Shown in pieces: positions 12,741-25,484 of a stretch of 64,000 nucleotides of DNA. Positions within the stretch are counted from its first letter, which is position 1. Each line of letters starts with the position of its first letter. Below the pieces are notes generated by a model. It saw only the letters and a program-made list of their open reading frames with translations, ran no database searches and was not told the origin of the DNA. The stretch is from positions 35,489-99,488 of the forward strand of contig JAADVB010000042.1 of NCBI GenBank assembly GCA_023334545.1, in the 5' to 3' direction. This DNA comes from Salisapilia sapeloensis CBS 127946. Lineage: Eukaryota; Protista; Oomycota. The position numbers and the translations under genes are program-made.

Positions 12741-14660
12741 ATGAAGGTAGAAGACGCTCTACTTGGGGCTCTAGCGGCCTATTATGTCTACGACTGTCCA
12801 TATGCAAAGGTGGAAGAGAGCTTTAACCTCCAGGCTACACATGATCTACTCATACATGGCATTTGGAAAGTGGAAGACTATGATCACATCGATTTCCCTG
12901 GCGTCGTGCCTCGGACGTTTATCGGATCCATCCTTGTCGCTATGCTTACGAGTCCAATGACAGTGCTTGTGAAAGTATTTGGTTTGGACAAGTTTATCTT
13001 GCAATATGCTGTGCGTGTTGTGCTTGCAATGGGTACCACTAGCGCTCTTCTCTTCTTAAAAAAGAGTGTTCATGGTCGATTCGGAAGTGTACGTGCTTTT
13101 TAACTGTAGCTTCTTCATCGTATCCCTTCTCCATGTTGACGAGTACTTTACAATGCAGGACACTGGTCGGCACTTTATACTTATTTGTGCATGTCAATTC
13201 CATTTGCTCTTTTACGCTGGTCGAACCCTGCCAAACATCTACGCCCTCGTACAGTTGCTCTTTAAACTACTGCTATTCATCCAAATGACCATAGTGCATC
13301 TGTAGATTATGGTGATATGCGCCATGGCATTCTGGCTACAGGTTTGGACGTATATTACCACTTGTTTGAACTAGCTAACCCGATCTGTATGCTAGAACCG
13401 AATGCGGCCTGCTATATCCCTCTTTACATTTACCACCATAGTCTTTCGAGGGGACACAGCAGTTTTCTTCGCCCCATTCCTTCTGTCTTTAATCCTAGCT
13501 CGACCGAACTTGTTTCTTCAAATAATATGGTGGGGTATCTCGGCGACCATCGTGTCTCTAAGTCTGACTATCGCCATTGACTCTTACTTTTGGAGACGAT
13601 GGCTGTGGCCAGAGGGAGAGGTGCTATGGTATAATACAGTTGACAACAAGAGCAGCGATTGGGGAACGTCGCCTCCTCTGTGGTACTTTTACTCTGCTCT
13701 CCCTCGAGCTCTTTTAGCAACTGCTTGCTTACTTCCGTTCGGACTATCGTATGCTACTTTAGAACCTTTACTGTATCTTTTATTCATGGTTGGTATAGAC
13801 CGATGCTGACATCGCTAGTGACTGCTCGAACCTGGACACAGGTTAAGAACATTGTCTCGTTAGGACAGGTGATCGATAGGCAAGTGTGGCCACTGTTCTG
13901 GCCAACATTCCTGTACTTGTCCTTGTTCTCGCTATTGCCACACAAAGAGCTTCGGTTCATTTTCAATGCCGTTCCTGTGCTGAACGTAATCTCTGCTGTC
14001 GTACGTTTCATGTTGACGCAGATAAAAACAATCTTTCATATCTGTGTTTTAGGGCATGTCGAAGTTGTATCGTGCTAGAAGCAAGGTACTAGTCTTGCTT
14101 GGAGCGACTATATTCTCCACTGACTATGCGACGTAGGCTATTCTTCCGTATATTCTTGCGTGCAGTTGCCTTGTAGCTACACTTCTTGCAACACGCATCT
14201 TTCATCTGGCGTCTCAAGTCAACTATCCAGGTACGTGCTCTATCTTTATATCCAGAATCAAGGAACAAGAAACGACTCTCTACTAGGTGGTGAAGCCTTC
14301 CGGTATCTGCACCAAATGGAAAATATCCATCGCCAAGTGCCAAAAAGTGTGTACATTGATGTTCCAGCCGCCATGACCGGCGTCTCTCGCTTCGGCGAAA
14401 CGTTTCCCATGTGGAGGTAGCAGCCTATATCTTGATCTAGTGGAAACCTTCTAATTGATACGTGGTATAGCTACTCGAAAGAAGAAACGTTGACGCCAAA
14501 GGATATGTGTACCTTTCATTACGTCATCACGGCAAATCCCCCCTCCTGCATGGAAGAAACCTTCCAGATCATGCAAACATTCCGAATTTTTGACGGTCTC
14601 GAGCCGTCCGCGTCGATCATTCGAACGAAAGAGGCCATCTATCTCTATGAACAGAAATAA
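12741..14660 (+). CDS. ALG12: ALG12 Dol-P-Man alpha-1,6-mannosyltransferase (GT22), multi-exon
   Basis: Motifs 'CPYAKVEESFNLQATHD', 'YDHIDFPGVVPRTF', 'RTLPN', 'YFWRRWLWPEGEVLWYN', 'LPHKELRFI' and 'IDVPAAMTGVSRFGE'. First introns read at 13089-13158, 13249-13305 and 13342-13395; later exon limits are approximate. Confidence 0.92.
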
Positions 14661-14998
14661 ACCCAAAGGTCAATCCATAGGCATTTGACATGCTGACGTG
14701 CCTCCCGTTTCCCGTATCTGTACTGTCTATTCAATGACATGTAGCAACCTTGTTTTGGTCGCATCATCAACGGAGGGTGGTTGCATGTAAAGATACGAAT
14801 GAGTTGGTCATAGATAACTCTCTTTCCAGATCATTTCGGAAGAGCTCTTTTCTTTTAGACAAATAGAAACATATACAACGCTTTATTTCAATTCATTTGT
14901 CTTCTTAATAAATACTTTCAAGAAGGCAAGTACGACACGATAAGGAGAACTGGACAATTGAGGAGATCCCGTCATATGACTATCCCAAGCGACAGGTA

Positions 14999-16126
14999 TC
15001 AATACGAAGCGGACGAGTCTTTCATCAGTTCCAACACGACACTCAGCTCTTCGCCCGTAAAGTCGGGACCAGCTTGTTGCATCGTTGGTGGCATGGGCAT
15101 GCTGCCAACGTACTTGCTCTCGTCACATGGTGGAGGTCGGAGGATCGAATAGCTATTGTAGCATTGAGACTCTTGAAAGTCCTGGTGGGTTTCCTCTCGA
15201 CTGTGAACATAGTAGTCTTGGTAGTAAGGTGTGTTCGATCGGTACGAGTGATAATCTTGCGTTGGGTACACGTGAGCGTTAAGAGGTTCCGACGTGACTC
15301 GTGTCTGGAACGATGGCGTAGGGTCGCCTAGTGGGAAAGCACTGTGGCCCATGAGCCGGACAGGAGATGCAGGCATCGCTCGTCCACGCTTCCATTCGTA
15401 GTTTCCATCCATCTTGTCTTTTTGCTGCAGCGATGTAAGACTCGTCGCAATATTCCAGTCGCCCGATCGCCTCTTCTCTGGTTTTACGTACGGCAAAATA
15501 GCACTCGGCTCCACTTCCGTGGATACCTGTCGATCTTTGTCTTTGGAGCTTTTCATCACTTTTTCAGCGACATGACCAGCTCCGATGATGACATTGTGGT
15601 GTATCTTTTGATGCTGGGCAAACTCTTTATAATTGTCAAACGTACTGGAACAATTGAGACCGACGCAACGAAAGAGCTGGAGACCGTCCGGGAAGTGCGT
15701 CCGCATGTGTCGCTTTAGTTTTGTACTCGTGTTAAACTTTTTCCCGCACGTTTCAAAGATACAAGGGTATGGCTTGACACCCGAGTGAATGCGTTTATGA
15801 CGACTAAGATTGCCGGATGTGTTGAACCGTTGCTGGCAACCCTCGATGTCACATACGTACGGCTTATCCCCCGTGTGAATACGCATGTGTCGTCTCAGGG
15901 CAAAGGATCTCGGAAACGTCTTGCCACAATTGTCCTCTGTACAGACATACATGTCCGATTCGTGACTGCGTGCCTTCTTCTTCCCTTTGCGCTTACTGCT
16001 CTTCATCGGTGGTGCCACCTCATGTCGATTGTCCAGTACCATATGTGGCTCGGCACTCCGGACTTCATCATGCCAGAGCGTGGTCGGAGCGCTTATCGGG
16101 GGTAAAGGCGAGTAATAATGTTTCAT
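14999..16126 (-). CDS. C2H2 zinc-finger transcription factor (4 fingers)
   Basis: Four C-x4-C...H-x3-H fingers, the first two followed by TGDKP and SGVKP linkers. The likely start is MKHYY at 16126. Confidence 0.9.
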   Translation of the reverse strand: MKHYYSPLPPISAPTTLWHDEVRSAEPHMVLDNRHEVAPPMKSSKRKGKKKARSHESDMYVCTEDNCGKTFPRSFALRRHMRIHTGDKPYVCDIEGCQQRFNTSGNLSRHKRIHSGVKPYPCIFETCGKKFNTSTKLKRHMRTHFPDGLQLFRCVGLNCSSTFDNYKEFAQHQKIHHNVIIGAGHVAEKVMKSSKDKDRQVSTEVEPSAILPYVKPEKRRSGDWNIATSLTSLQQKDKMDGNYEWKRGRAMPASPVRLMGHSAFPLGDPTPSFQTRVTSEPLNAHVYPTQDYHSYRSNTPYYQDYYVHSREETHQDFQESQCYNSYSILRPPPCDESKYVGSMPMPPTMQQAGPDFTGEELSVVLELMKDSSASY

Positions 16127-18222
16127 CGACGTTTTCCTTTGTTTCAGTCGGAGGGGCGGACGGACTTGAGCTCGTGTGAATAAATCGGAGAGTGAAGCTT
16201 TTGCCCATCCTCCCGCCGGAGCGTGTAGAGCAGGGGATGCCGATAAAAAGAGGACAGAGCAGATACATTTCAAATCACGATGTGTCCCGCACAAAGAAAA
16301 AACGGACTTGTCAAGGTGAGTGGGAGAAACGTGGAGCCGAGTCTGAAGCTGCTTGGCAGCACTATGGAAACTTTGAATGTAAAAGTACGTCTAGTAGAGC
16401 ATGGGTGAATGGAAAAAAGGGCAGATTGGTGATGAATACACTCGATGGTTACTCGTTCCTAGATCCTACCATGAGAAGGCGTTCGATTTTTTATCAAAAA
16501 GTCACAAGTCGCCGACTGCCTGTTTTACACCGCACTGTGCCTGCGCCAAAGCCTCTCCCAAAAACGCCGTCGGAGAGTATCAACGACTGCGCTCAAGTGT
16601 TTACTTTAACTGACCATTTTTGACAAAAATGGTCATGCAAGGCATGACAGACGGATCGATGCTTCCCATCAGAACTACCATATCAGGCTTTCGATCAACG
16701 TGTCTGCTACAAACACAAAAGCTGGATGTCGTTCAGAAGAGATGGTGGAATTGCACACAGTATCCTATCGTCTCTTTTACATTACGATGAACATTTTCAT
16801 GCTTGATGCTTATCTAGTCTGGAGATGAAAGACCAGAACAGTTAATTTGGGTGCAAAAACCACTTAAACGTTTCGCACGAATGGATGAACACTATCAGGC
16901 ACGCTTGGATTGTTTATGTTGCATGCGTCATTTGCTGTCTGGAAACGCAGAGGAAAGAGACAAAACGCATGGCTTGAATGGCATCACAACATACTTTCCA
17001 AGTGTCAATGCAAGCTCCCTACTCAGATACGTGACATAATGCTTCGTTCGACACTCGTTCCATTCACAAAATGGAATCAAGTGCATTCAGATCGAACCAA
17101 ACTCTCGATTTATACAGTATTGGGGATCGTGGATCCTGGCATCCTCGCCGCTATCCTATCGAAACTCCGTACCTTTTAGACTACCCTTCTTAGTCCTTAG
17201 TCCCCACCTTCCCATAGTTCAAAGTAGAAATCCACTCAGTGTAGGTCCATCGTATACAGCAATAGACACGTCATGAACCTCCCCCAATTTATGCAGTATT
17301 CATTGATGGCATGAAAGGGATCAACACTGTAATACCTACAAGGTCCAAGATTTTCCTTCTCAACCACACAGCTTGGACGAATGTAAGTACCGACGGGAGT
17401 ATTTGTACACACTTTAAATTTTTATTATAAAAAGCAAGCGAAGTTGAAGATAGCTGCGGTAGCCTTAGAAGATTCGGATTAGCTTTCAAGAGTCGAATAG
17501 AAGGTGGCGATGGATACAAAGTCCCCGTTGTTGAATTGTTTACAATAATTACCATTTAGAAGATGGTGGCGGTGACAATATTTTGTTTAAACTAATGAAT
17601 ACTTCATTTTTATAAATAACTTTTTAGTTAGAGTTGTCTGATCATCTCAAGGCTGCTTTATTTTGGGTTACGCTGCTGTTTTCCATAAAAGTTATATAGT
17701 GGGCAATGCCTATCACACATAATAGTCCATAAACCATCGAAGATAAACCATTTGTCGAATAGCGACGTTAGCACTGGAAGAAGCCTATGATATAAATAGA
17801 ACTTCTGTCGTATGCAAAATACATTTTGCGCATCAAAGCAAGGTCAATTTCATAGCATCATTACTTAAAGTCTAGACCAATCTAAATGTCAATAGGCAAA
17901 GAGTGTGCTTTTGCTCGTAGAAATATCTCGGAACTATGATAGCCTAGACTCAGGCTGGTTCAAGTGGTTCGAGTGGGCCTAAAGGGCCATAGATGTACCA
18001 TTGGGCCGTATCGTCGAATAAGTGAGTCATCATGTTTGCTGTTTCACTTTGGATCTCTTTCCATGCGTCTGGTAGCTTCGCCGAGTGTACATTGCGATAT
18101 TGTCTTACATACCCTTAATTCTGAGTAGCAAAATAAACAATTAAAGCCCACGGTTGTACCCCATGCATCTAACAAAATACCTCCTCGCTTCATTACAGGT
18201 GTGCTTGTATTCTGGACCTGCG

Positions 18223-18744
18223 CTATGGATAATCGAAGTAGTCAAACTGGAACGTTAAATCCATAACTACATCAAAGCACAAGTCAGTGTCAATTTTACG
18301 AATGAGCTGGTCTCAATTCAACCAGTTGACGTACCGAAATGAAGATACAGGTACTGTGCAATGTAGATGAGAAACAAAATGGATCTGGCGATAACGATAG
18401 CACCTCGTGCTTCACAGGTAAAGTCAAGCAATTTGATCGGACTCAAGCCGAACTTCCATTGGATATACGTGGCAAATACGACAAACGAGATAAACTCCAG
18501 TCCGCCATACAGAGTGATATTGCCGATCGAGCCAAAAAACGTATCTCTATCTAAATGTCGAAAGTTGTCATGGCTCTTAGCGTTTGGCATGTGGGACAAG
18601 AAGAACGTATAGATCATGTAGATATAAGGCACCACAAACTCTACGCATTCGAGCAGTGCTAAGTATTCGCATCGAAAAAGTAGAGACTGAGGCCGTGTTC
18701 GTTGAGCATATAATCGGGGATTATGTGAGAAAGAATAGTTTTTT
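18223..18744 (-). pseudogene. Remnant C-terminal part of an oomycete-type multi-pass membrane protein
   Basis: Reads LLFRCEYLALLECVEFVVPYIY...HMPNA...LYGGLEFIS...KFGLSP...HF, then an intron, then MDLTFQF. This resembles the end of an expanded oomycete TM family as I recall it. There is an in-frame TAA just upstream and no upstream exons were found. Confidence 0.5.
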
Positions 18745-19429
18745 TATTTATCTAAAAGAGTTATGTCGGCTAACTACGCCCAACGCCGCTGCTTCGCGCG
18801 GCGTTAATTACAGAGACGTATTACGACTACCCTGTGGTAGGAGTCCAGTGTGCGAGAAATAATAGGCATTTATTGAACAAACACCATAAAATTTTAATTG
18901 GCATTATGCCTCGATTATCTCCCTTTTACTAATCGGCGAAGGAAGAATATGTTGAAGAGTATTCCGATTTAGACATAAATTGCTCCGAAAAAGACTCACG
19001 TAATTGCTGAAAATCTCACACTGATCTCGCTACAGCGAGTATGGCAACGGAAAACTCAATATAAACGTAGGATAGGGGACGAGAGGCGAGATGTATTAAA
19101 ACACACAGCGGCATCTCCATTGCGGGCACCAAACACTTGTTTCTACACTCCTAATTTGGCGGGAAAGTTATATTGAAGCGCTTCGTTAGGTTTCCAACGG
19201 CGAGTGGCAAAACCAAATTGACGATTCTCAACGAACGCAGAATTGCTTGATTCGATTATCGTTAATAGAGCTACAAAATCTGAATCCTCGATTATGCTGA
19301 ATCGGTATTATGCGCGAACACGGCCTAACTATCCCGAGATAGATGTCACAAGATGTCTAGAATCTGAAGCTTGTTTGTTAGCAAGAAAATTCATGTTTCT
19401 CAATTATCAATGTTAGCCTCACAACTGCC

Positions 19430-20577
19430 TCAATCGTCATCTTCCTCTTCCTCTTCTTCTTCTTCCTCTTCTTCTTCCTCCGATTCCGATTCCGATTCCT
19501 TCTCCGATTCCGATTCCTTTTCCGAATCTTTATCTTTATCATCGTCGCTGTCGTCATTCAAAGCATGTTCCAAAACCATGCCGCCGACGAGTCCAACACC
19601 GACGCCAGCAGCAACGGCACCCGCGCCCATGCCACCTCCACTGTTGTTGTTGTTGTTGTTGTTCTGCTGTTGCTCATCTTGGAAGTAAAATCCTTGGGAT
19701 GGCTGCCCATATGCATTTCCTTGGTACTGTTGGTAAGGAGCACCGGGTGGAGGACCGTAGGAATTTCCCTGGTATTGGTCGTACGAAGCACCCGGCGGAG
19801 GTCCATACGAACTTCCTTGGTATTGGCCATAGGAAGCACCTGGTGGAGGTCCGTATGAACCTCCAGAGAATTGGCCATACTGACTACCCGACGAAGGCCC
19901 GTAGGATGGCATTGAATCTTGTCTCGACATCGAAGAGCCATAAACTGGTGGAGGGCCGTATCCTGGAGGAGGCGTCTCGTAGCGAGGCGGGTACGGGTTT
20001 GAGGATTGACTATAGCTTTGTTGGTGATAGACCTGCGGCGGTTGCTCTTGCTGTGGCTGCTCTGGTGGCGCATAGTTACTCTGGTTCATGCTGTAGGATT
20101 CCGAGTGCTCATATTTTTCTCTGTACGAGTTACTCTCCTGTTGGATCCAATTGTTGGTCTCGTATTGGATACGAAGGTTGATTTCACCAGCATGAGAGTT
20201 ATCTTCCGTCTCCAATGAATACCACTCATCCTCGACTTGGCCATTCTGGAATCGGTCAAGTGCAATTTTGCATTTGCCGATCAACTTGTTGTTGGTCCAG
20301 TTCTTGTTCTTGACTTTGACAGTGAGCTTCTCGTCGTTCTTGTCTCGGACTTTAAAGTCGTGGACCGAGCCCCATTGAGGCTCCGTTCCTCCATTGTCGT
20401 GCACCTAAATTTTAACTTGCATTAAGAAATTGTTGATGCCCCTCCACAATTGTTACAAGGTACCTCGGTCTTGTGCTTCTCGCCATTCACTTCGAGCACA
20501 CAGAAGGGATCTTGTGTACCGAAAGTCTGTACGTCCCGAAGGTTTCGACACCCGACAACTCTGACATGCAAGGTCAT
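19430..20577 (-). CDS. C2-domain protein with Tyr/Gly/Pro/Gln repeats and acidic tail; exons 20464-20577, 19430-20404
   Basis: MTLHVRVVGCRNLRDVQTFGTQDPF...KTE, a 59-bp intron, then VHDNGGTEPQW (typical C2 domain). YGPPPG repeats and GGMGAGAVAAG follow. Confidence 0.85.
19433..19548 (-). repeat. Simple repeats (TTC/TCC, TTCCGA) encoding the poly-acidic C-terminal tail
   Basis: Sequence cttcctcttc...ttccgattccgattcc encodes DDDKDKDSEKESESEKESESESEEEE...DDD. Confidence 0.85.
19732..19890 (-). repeat. Coding tandem repeat, 48-bp unit x about 3.3 (YGPPPGASYxQYQGxS)
   Basis: Directly visible units such as ggaggaccgtagga, ggaggtccatacga and ggaggtccgtatga at 48-bp spacing. Confidence 0.9.
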
Positions 20578-20602
20578 TTTAAAGCAAGTAAGCAGATGAG
20601 AT

Positions 20603-20610
20603 AAATGAGC
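20603..20610 (-). promoter_or_regulatory. Possible oomycete initiator (INR) element upstream of the C2 gene
   Basis: GCTCATTT lies about 25-33 bp upstream of the ATG and matches the GCTCATTY core of the oomycete INR. The FPR half is not well matched. Confidence 0.35.
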
Positions 20611-23179
20611 TTCTTCTCGTGCCGTTCGATTCCTAAATGACGCAAACGAAGTCCACGTAATGCGCAGTTGTGCACGATCAGGATATCTTGGGAAGCATTA
20701 CACAATTGGACTACAGCAGTGGTTAGTATCTGCGAAACCGTAAACAAATATCCATGTAGCCACCTCCGTTCTTTGTTGTACCATCAGCTCATCTTTTCAA
20801 AGTCACTCTACAAGAAATGGAAAGCTTTCGGAGTAATTGCAGGTCATCGTTCATGACAGGTGATACCTGTCATGATGGAAAGGGTGAAACCGAGAGGAGA
20901 GATACCATCGAGGTTCGGTTCATAGGATATGAATACAAGATAGTAATGGCTAAAGCGACAATAAGACTAAGATAAGACAGCTGTACGAGTTTTGAAGCCA
21001 TCGAAAGATCCGCTTTGCAAATCGTCAAGGGATTCTAAAATCTGCCAAAGGATTTTTATAAACCTTCCATTCTCAGTACTCATTCATGCTAATGCTGTCA
21101 GATCCACTTCTCAAACAGAAGCTTACAAACTAGACTTAGATAAGATGTGTAGTAGACACAAAGGAGTCCACCTAACAAAGGATTTCGATAAGCAATCGAA
21201 AGGCTACTTTTACTATTCTTCAACTTGGGAAGGAGCGTAACATGGACGTGAAATGCGCTTAACATCCAATACAAATGAGAGAGCTGATCCGGCTCGATAC
21301 GTACATAGCAGATCATTGATGGATATAGAAAGCTTGCAGATAACCTGTTGGCTTGACTGCTGCAATAGGGTGGCTTGTGATGTAAAGAGAGTTTAAGATC
21401 ACTTACATTTGGATACCAAAATTTACAATTCCGTAGTATCAGCTACGATGGTAGCTGGATTAACCAAACGATCGATATATTATGCCTCTGCTAGCGAAAC
21501 GGTATGTAATCGTGTACGATGTTGTCACATTCGTCACTATGTGCAGCGCGTAATGGCGGAAAGCAAACAAACAAGTGATGAGAAACACACTTCTATTCTG
21601 CAAAGCTAGCACACTTTCAAAGTCTAGCATGTGACCACTGTATCCATATTAAGCTAGTACATCTCAGTATTCGCTCAATAAAGTTTGAACAAGAACATCG
21701 TTCACCCTTCTGTACATTCTGGTGGTCATTTTTACAATTCCTTGTATCAATGACTTCTTTTCAGTCACCTTCACGGTTGGAATGCCTCTCAAGTCCGTGC
21801 AGAGGTTTTGTTCTCCAACTTTTTCGCCATAAAGTGCTTGGGCAGTCAAATTGACTTTGTACCCGCAAATGACCACACAAAAGATACATTCAGTTTACAG
21901 AACTTGGCTTGTTCACACGAATAAACTATCATTCGCTTCATTGCGCTTAGCCAAAAGAAACTTCAAGGATTTAGAATAGCGGATTCGCCTAGGATTATTA
22001 ATGTTGGTTATCCGAGTAGGTTTCCTTCGAGTTACCAAAATGAGAACATGTCTACTACCTATTGCTAGCATGTTGGGTGAGTACAGGTCGGTACCACAAC
22101 TACCCTGACATCAATTTTTTCTTATATAGTCATGCTGCCTTTTATGCAAATCTCTGAAGTAAATATAACTCAATTTTACTATAGTAAATAACAGAGTTAT
22201 CTATAGCTATAGAGTTTGAAGTTTTTAGGGTCGCACAATCTTGAGCAATGGCAGATTTCCCCGTGAAGAAGTTTATCGTGGTCAATGCTCACAACTATAA
22301 CAAATCATTATCCGCCACGGCGAAAATACATCTTTGGGATAAACTTTAGTAGAACTTATAAACTGGATGATGTGTGGTGTTTTTAAAAGCAAGGTACATT
22401 GACTTTGAGCTACTCGGCATGTCCAAAGTCCGTCCTAGCACATCATATTCATGCACTAGCCTACAAAACACGCTATTTTACTACTATTACGCTCTAGGTG
22501 TTCGATTTTAACTTGGAAGCGGGCCCAGGATCGGTTTATAGATATTTTCGAAGCGGAGAGCATTGGCGATGCTGTTCCTTGGAAGTAATTGAATCACGTG
22601 CTATCACCATTGAGGTTAAAACGCTCTAGTCGCTAGGTGTTTTGACATAGTATTTACGTGCAATCTTCGTGATTGTCCATGCTGCAGTTTAGACGGTGTC
22701 CACCGGCCTTTGGTAATTCCACTACAGCAATTAGAACGTAGATCGCTTAGTCCGTGCAGCTCTATATAGGAAAAAGTGTTGAAGCACGAAAGATAGAAAT
22801 CGGGTAATGCCTCATCCACCAGATAGATATTTTGCAAGATATAAATGTACACAGAAATACAAGATAATATGTTTTTAGTAACCTGCTTTGCTTGATGCTG
22901 CATACACAGCTGAATCTAGTAATAGCTTTGCATGCGGTTTGGTATACCGACATTTAATTAATATGCTTTATGAGGAAGTCGCTACAATAGCATCAGAGCT
23001 TACTTCACACATCAACCTCGTATATGAGCCCTCAACGAATCTCAGTCTTGTGCAATAGACAAACTCGAAAATTTAATCAGCATTTATGCTCTATGAGATT
23101 TAACCCTTTCCAGCAATCGATACTCGCCGTTTCTATCTACTTACAAAACGGGCGAAAATGGCCTACGTAAAGCCAAACT

Positions 23180-25484
23180 CTAAACAAAATTCTGGCTGTA
23201 ATTGTCCTTCGGGCGCCTCATCAGGGATCCGTCGGGTCTCTGTTCGGCCGGCGATCCCTCCATCGCAGCCTTCTTTTGCTCAACTGACTTCATCAGCACT
23301 TGCTGCTGCTTTGCAGCAGAGCGCGCTGACAAGTAAATCGATAGTATAGTGAAGAAGAGGGCGATGATACCGACCGTCAGGGTGAGTTCCATGGGAGGTC
23401 CGTAGACGCGGCTCGAAAGGTCACTCGATGTTTCTGCCAGTGCCGTGGTGCATCGAGGTCCACCCCAAGAATCTGAGTGAGTACACTTGCAACGACTGTT
23501 TTCACACTTGCCAGTGATGAGCAAGCTGCGCGCACCTGCTGCGCCAAGCGTGCAGTCATCATCTTTTCTGCAGAAAGCCTTACCCGCGACTTCCTCCCAT
23601 GGGTTGTCAACATCTTCATACTCATCCAAGTGCTCTTCGATCCACTTTTTCGTCGGATGCGTGTCAGGGTCGCATCCAATTTGCATGAGTGATCCGTCTT
23701 TAAGATTTCCACTGACATCCTGGTACAGACGAATGTAGTCAATCTTCATGTACATCGGGAAGGAATCGCAGATGGCGTTCACTTTCTTATCTTTACCATC
23801 CCCCCGACATTCATTGCCAGCGTTCGGTGGAGTCGCACCCCACGAACTGGACAAGGCAACGTTAAAGATGAAGTACATGGGCTCTTCCAGCATGATTTTG
23901 GTCGGGTTGTTCTTCTTCTTGTTTTGCGGTACATTGGAGAACGCGTCTGCCGAGACTTCAAAGATCGGATGACCGTCCAACATCCATCGTACATACCCTT
24001 TCGTACCAGTCACCCACTCTAGTTGGTAAGTCAAAAATCCGGTATACGCGCCAACGTGCACAGGCCAATTGGAAGAGATAGCATCCATCTGATAATTGAA
24101 CGGTGCCATCGTACCACTTGGCTTTGTGTCCGGGTCTCGAGGATCCGAGCATAGCTTGTTCGTGTTGTCTGGGTCGCACAAGTAGGCTCCCATGTATGAG
24201 TTCATCACTGGGAAACACGTGCCGTTCGTGTTGATGCCCCAATGGTCCGGACCGACTCCATCAATCAATTCGAGGTCACCATTTACATCATAGGACGCTG
24301 GGCAAGTAGTTACGGAACAAGTGTTCTTTGAAATACCCTTCTTGACGGATGCAGCCACCGGCTTGTACGACTGTTTTTCGTCCGACTTCGCAACACAAAA
24401 GTTGTTTGCGCTGTATCGCAAGCCTTGATACCAACTTCTGTGTCCTCTATTCTTCATGTAGTAGCTCGTCGGCACATCAATGTAGTTGGCACCAGGCGTC
24501 TTACAATCGTACGAGTAAACACAGTACGGATTCGCTGAGTCTGCTCCATCTGCTTCTGCAGGGTAGAGTCTGAAATCTTGTGGCATTCCTGGACCCACTT
24601 GCAAGGAACTGGAAATAGCGGTACCACCTCCTTCGAGAATATCAATCTCAGGAGCTCCTCGTCCTTGATTCGGGTTTAGACCGTAGCCTGGGTCATCATC
24701 ACAGGCACTAATGCGCTGGTTGTGCGATGGGAAAACATCTTCGTCACATTCATCGTACGAGAATGGCCACATGCGACTTGTCGACGCAGTAAAGATTGCT
24801 CGACCGAGATTACCAAGCATCCAGATACCTGGCCATGTCGGGTAGTACGCGACGTTGTCGGTAACACCACTACTTCCCAAGGAGAGGTCAGGGTTACCAG
24901 AATCTTTACTGATGGCACCAGGAAGCTGCGCTCTCACTTCGATCATACCACCTTGGAAACAGAATTTATTCCAACTCTGCACCATTGCCGCATAGTAGTA
25001 AAAGTTGACATGCTCATAGTCTGGCGGATTCAAATATGCGTTGTACACTTTGATGGTTGTCACTTGGTCGACGACTTTAATGTAAAAGTAGCACACTTTC
25101 TCTCCCTTGTCATCCGTCTCACATTCCGTCGAGGTCATGTTATGCGCGTAGATTTCCAACGCACCGTTGACACCATCCGGCTTGTCTAAGGACGTCCAAA
25201 TATGATCCTTGCCTGGCTTAAAGCTCCGGTCTGGTGTGTTAAACTCGTCACTATGAGAAGAGTATAATTAGCGCATGAAACGGAAGAGACGAGTGCGATC
25301 GATACCTCATGACAAGTTCCCACTTGTCACCGCGAGACGAGGTGTACATTTGTCGGTTCGACGGAGTCTCCGGGTCGACCCATGCTCGAATTCCTGATTT
25401 GGTCTTGTATTCTTTATCATTGGCTTCGACCGCATTGGCGATGAGGATGCATGTCAATGCGAGGGTGATGGATCGTAAAAGCAT
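23180..25484 (-). CDS. KRE6/SKN1-like beta-glucan synthesis-associated GH16 protein; exons 25305-25484, 23180-25250
   Basis: Signal peptide MLLRSITLALTCILIANAVEA, 'WVDPETP...WELVMSDEF', 'FCFQGG', 'TWPGIWMLGNLGRA', catalytic EIDILE, Cys-rich EGF-like segment and C-terminal TM helix; 54-bp intron. Confidence 0.92.

Noticed and set aside
16127-16294. N-terminal extensions in the ORF track for the C2H2, bZIP, TBC and Kir genes
   Set aside because: They begin at GTG/TTG or read as UTR; eukaryotic initiation at the first good ATG next to the conserved domain is more plausible.
16690-16830. Short frame YRLFYITMNIFMLDAYLVW faintly like a piggyBac transposase C-terminal segment
   Set aside because: Too short, and no other transposase motif nearby.
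17289-17555. ORF with Leu spacing reminiscent of leucine-rich repeats
   Set aside because: No clean LxxLxLxxN unit; not supportable without a profile search.
19732-19890. Regularly spaced repeats that might suggest a CRISPR array
   Set aside because: Contiguous in-frame 48-bp coding units with no unique spacers and no cas genes; eukaryotic context.
19371-20181. Several overlapping ORFs on both strands over the C2 gene
   Set aside because: Alternative frames of low-complexity coding repeats with no domain signal.
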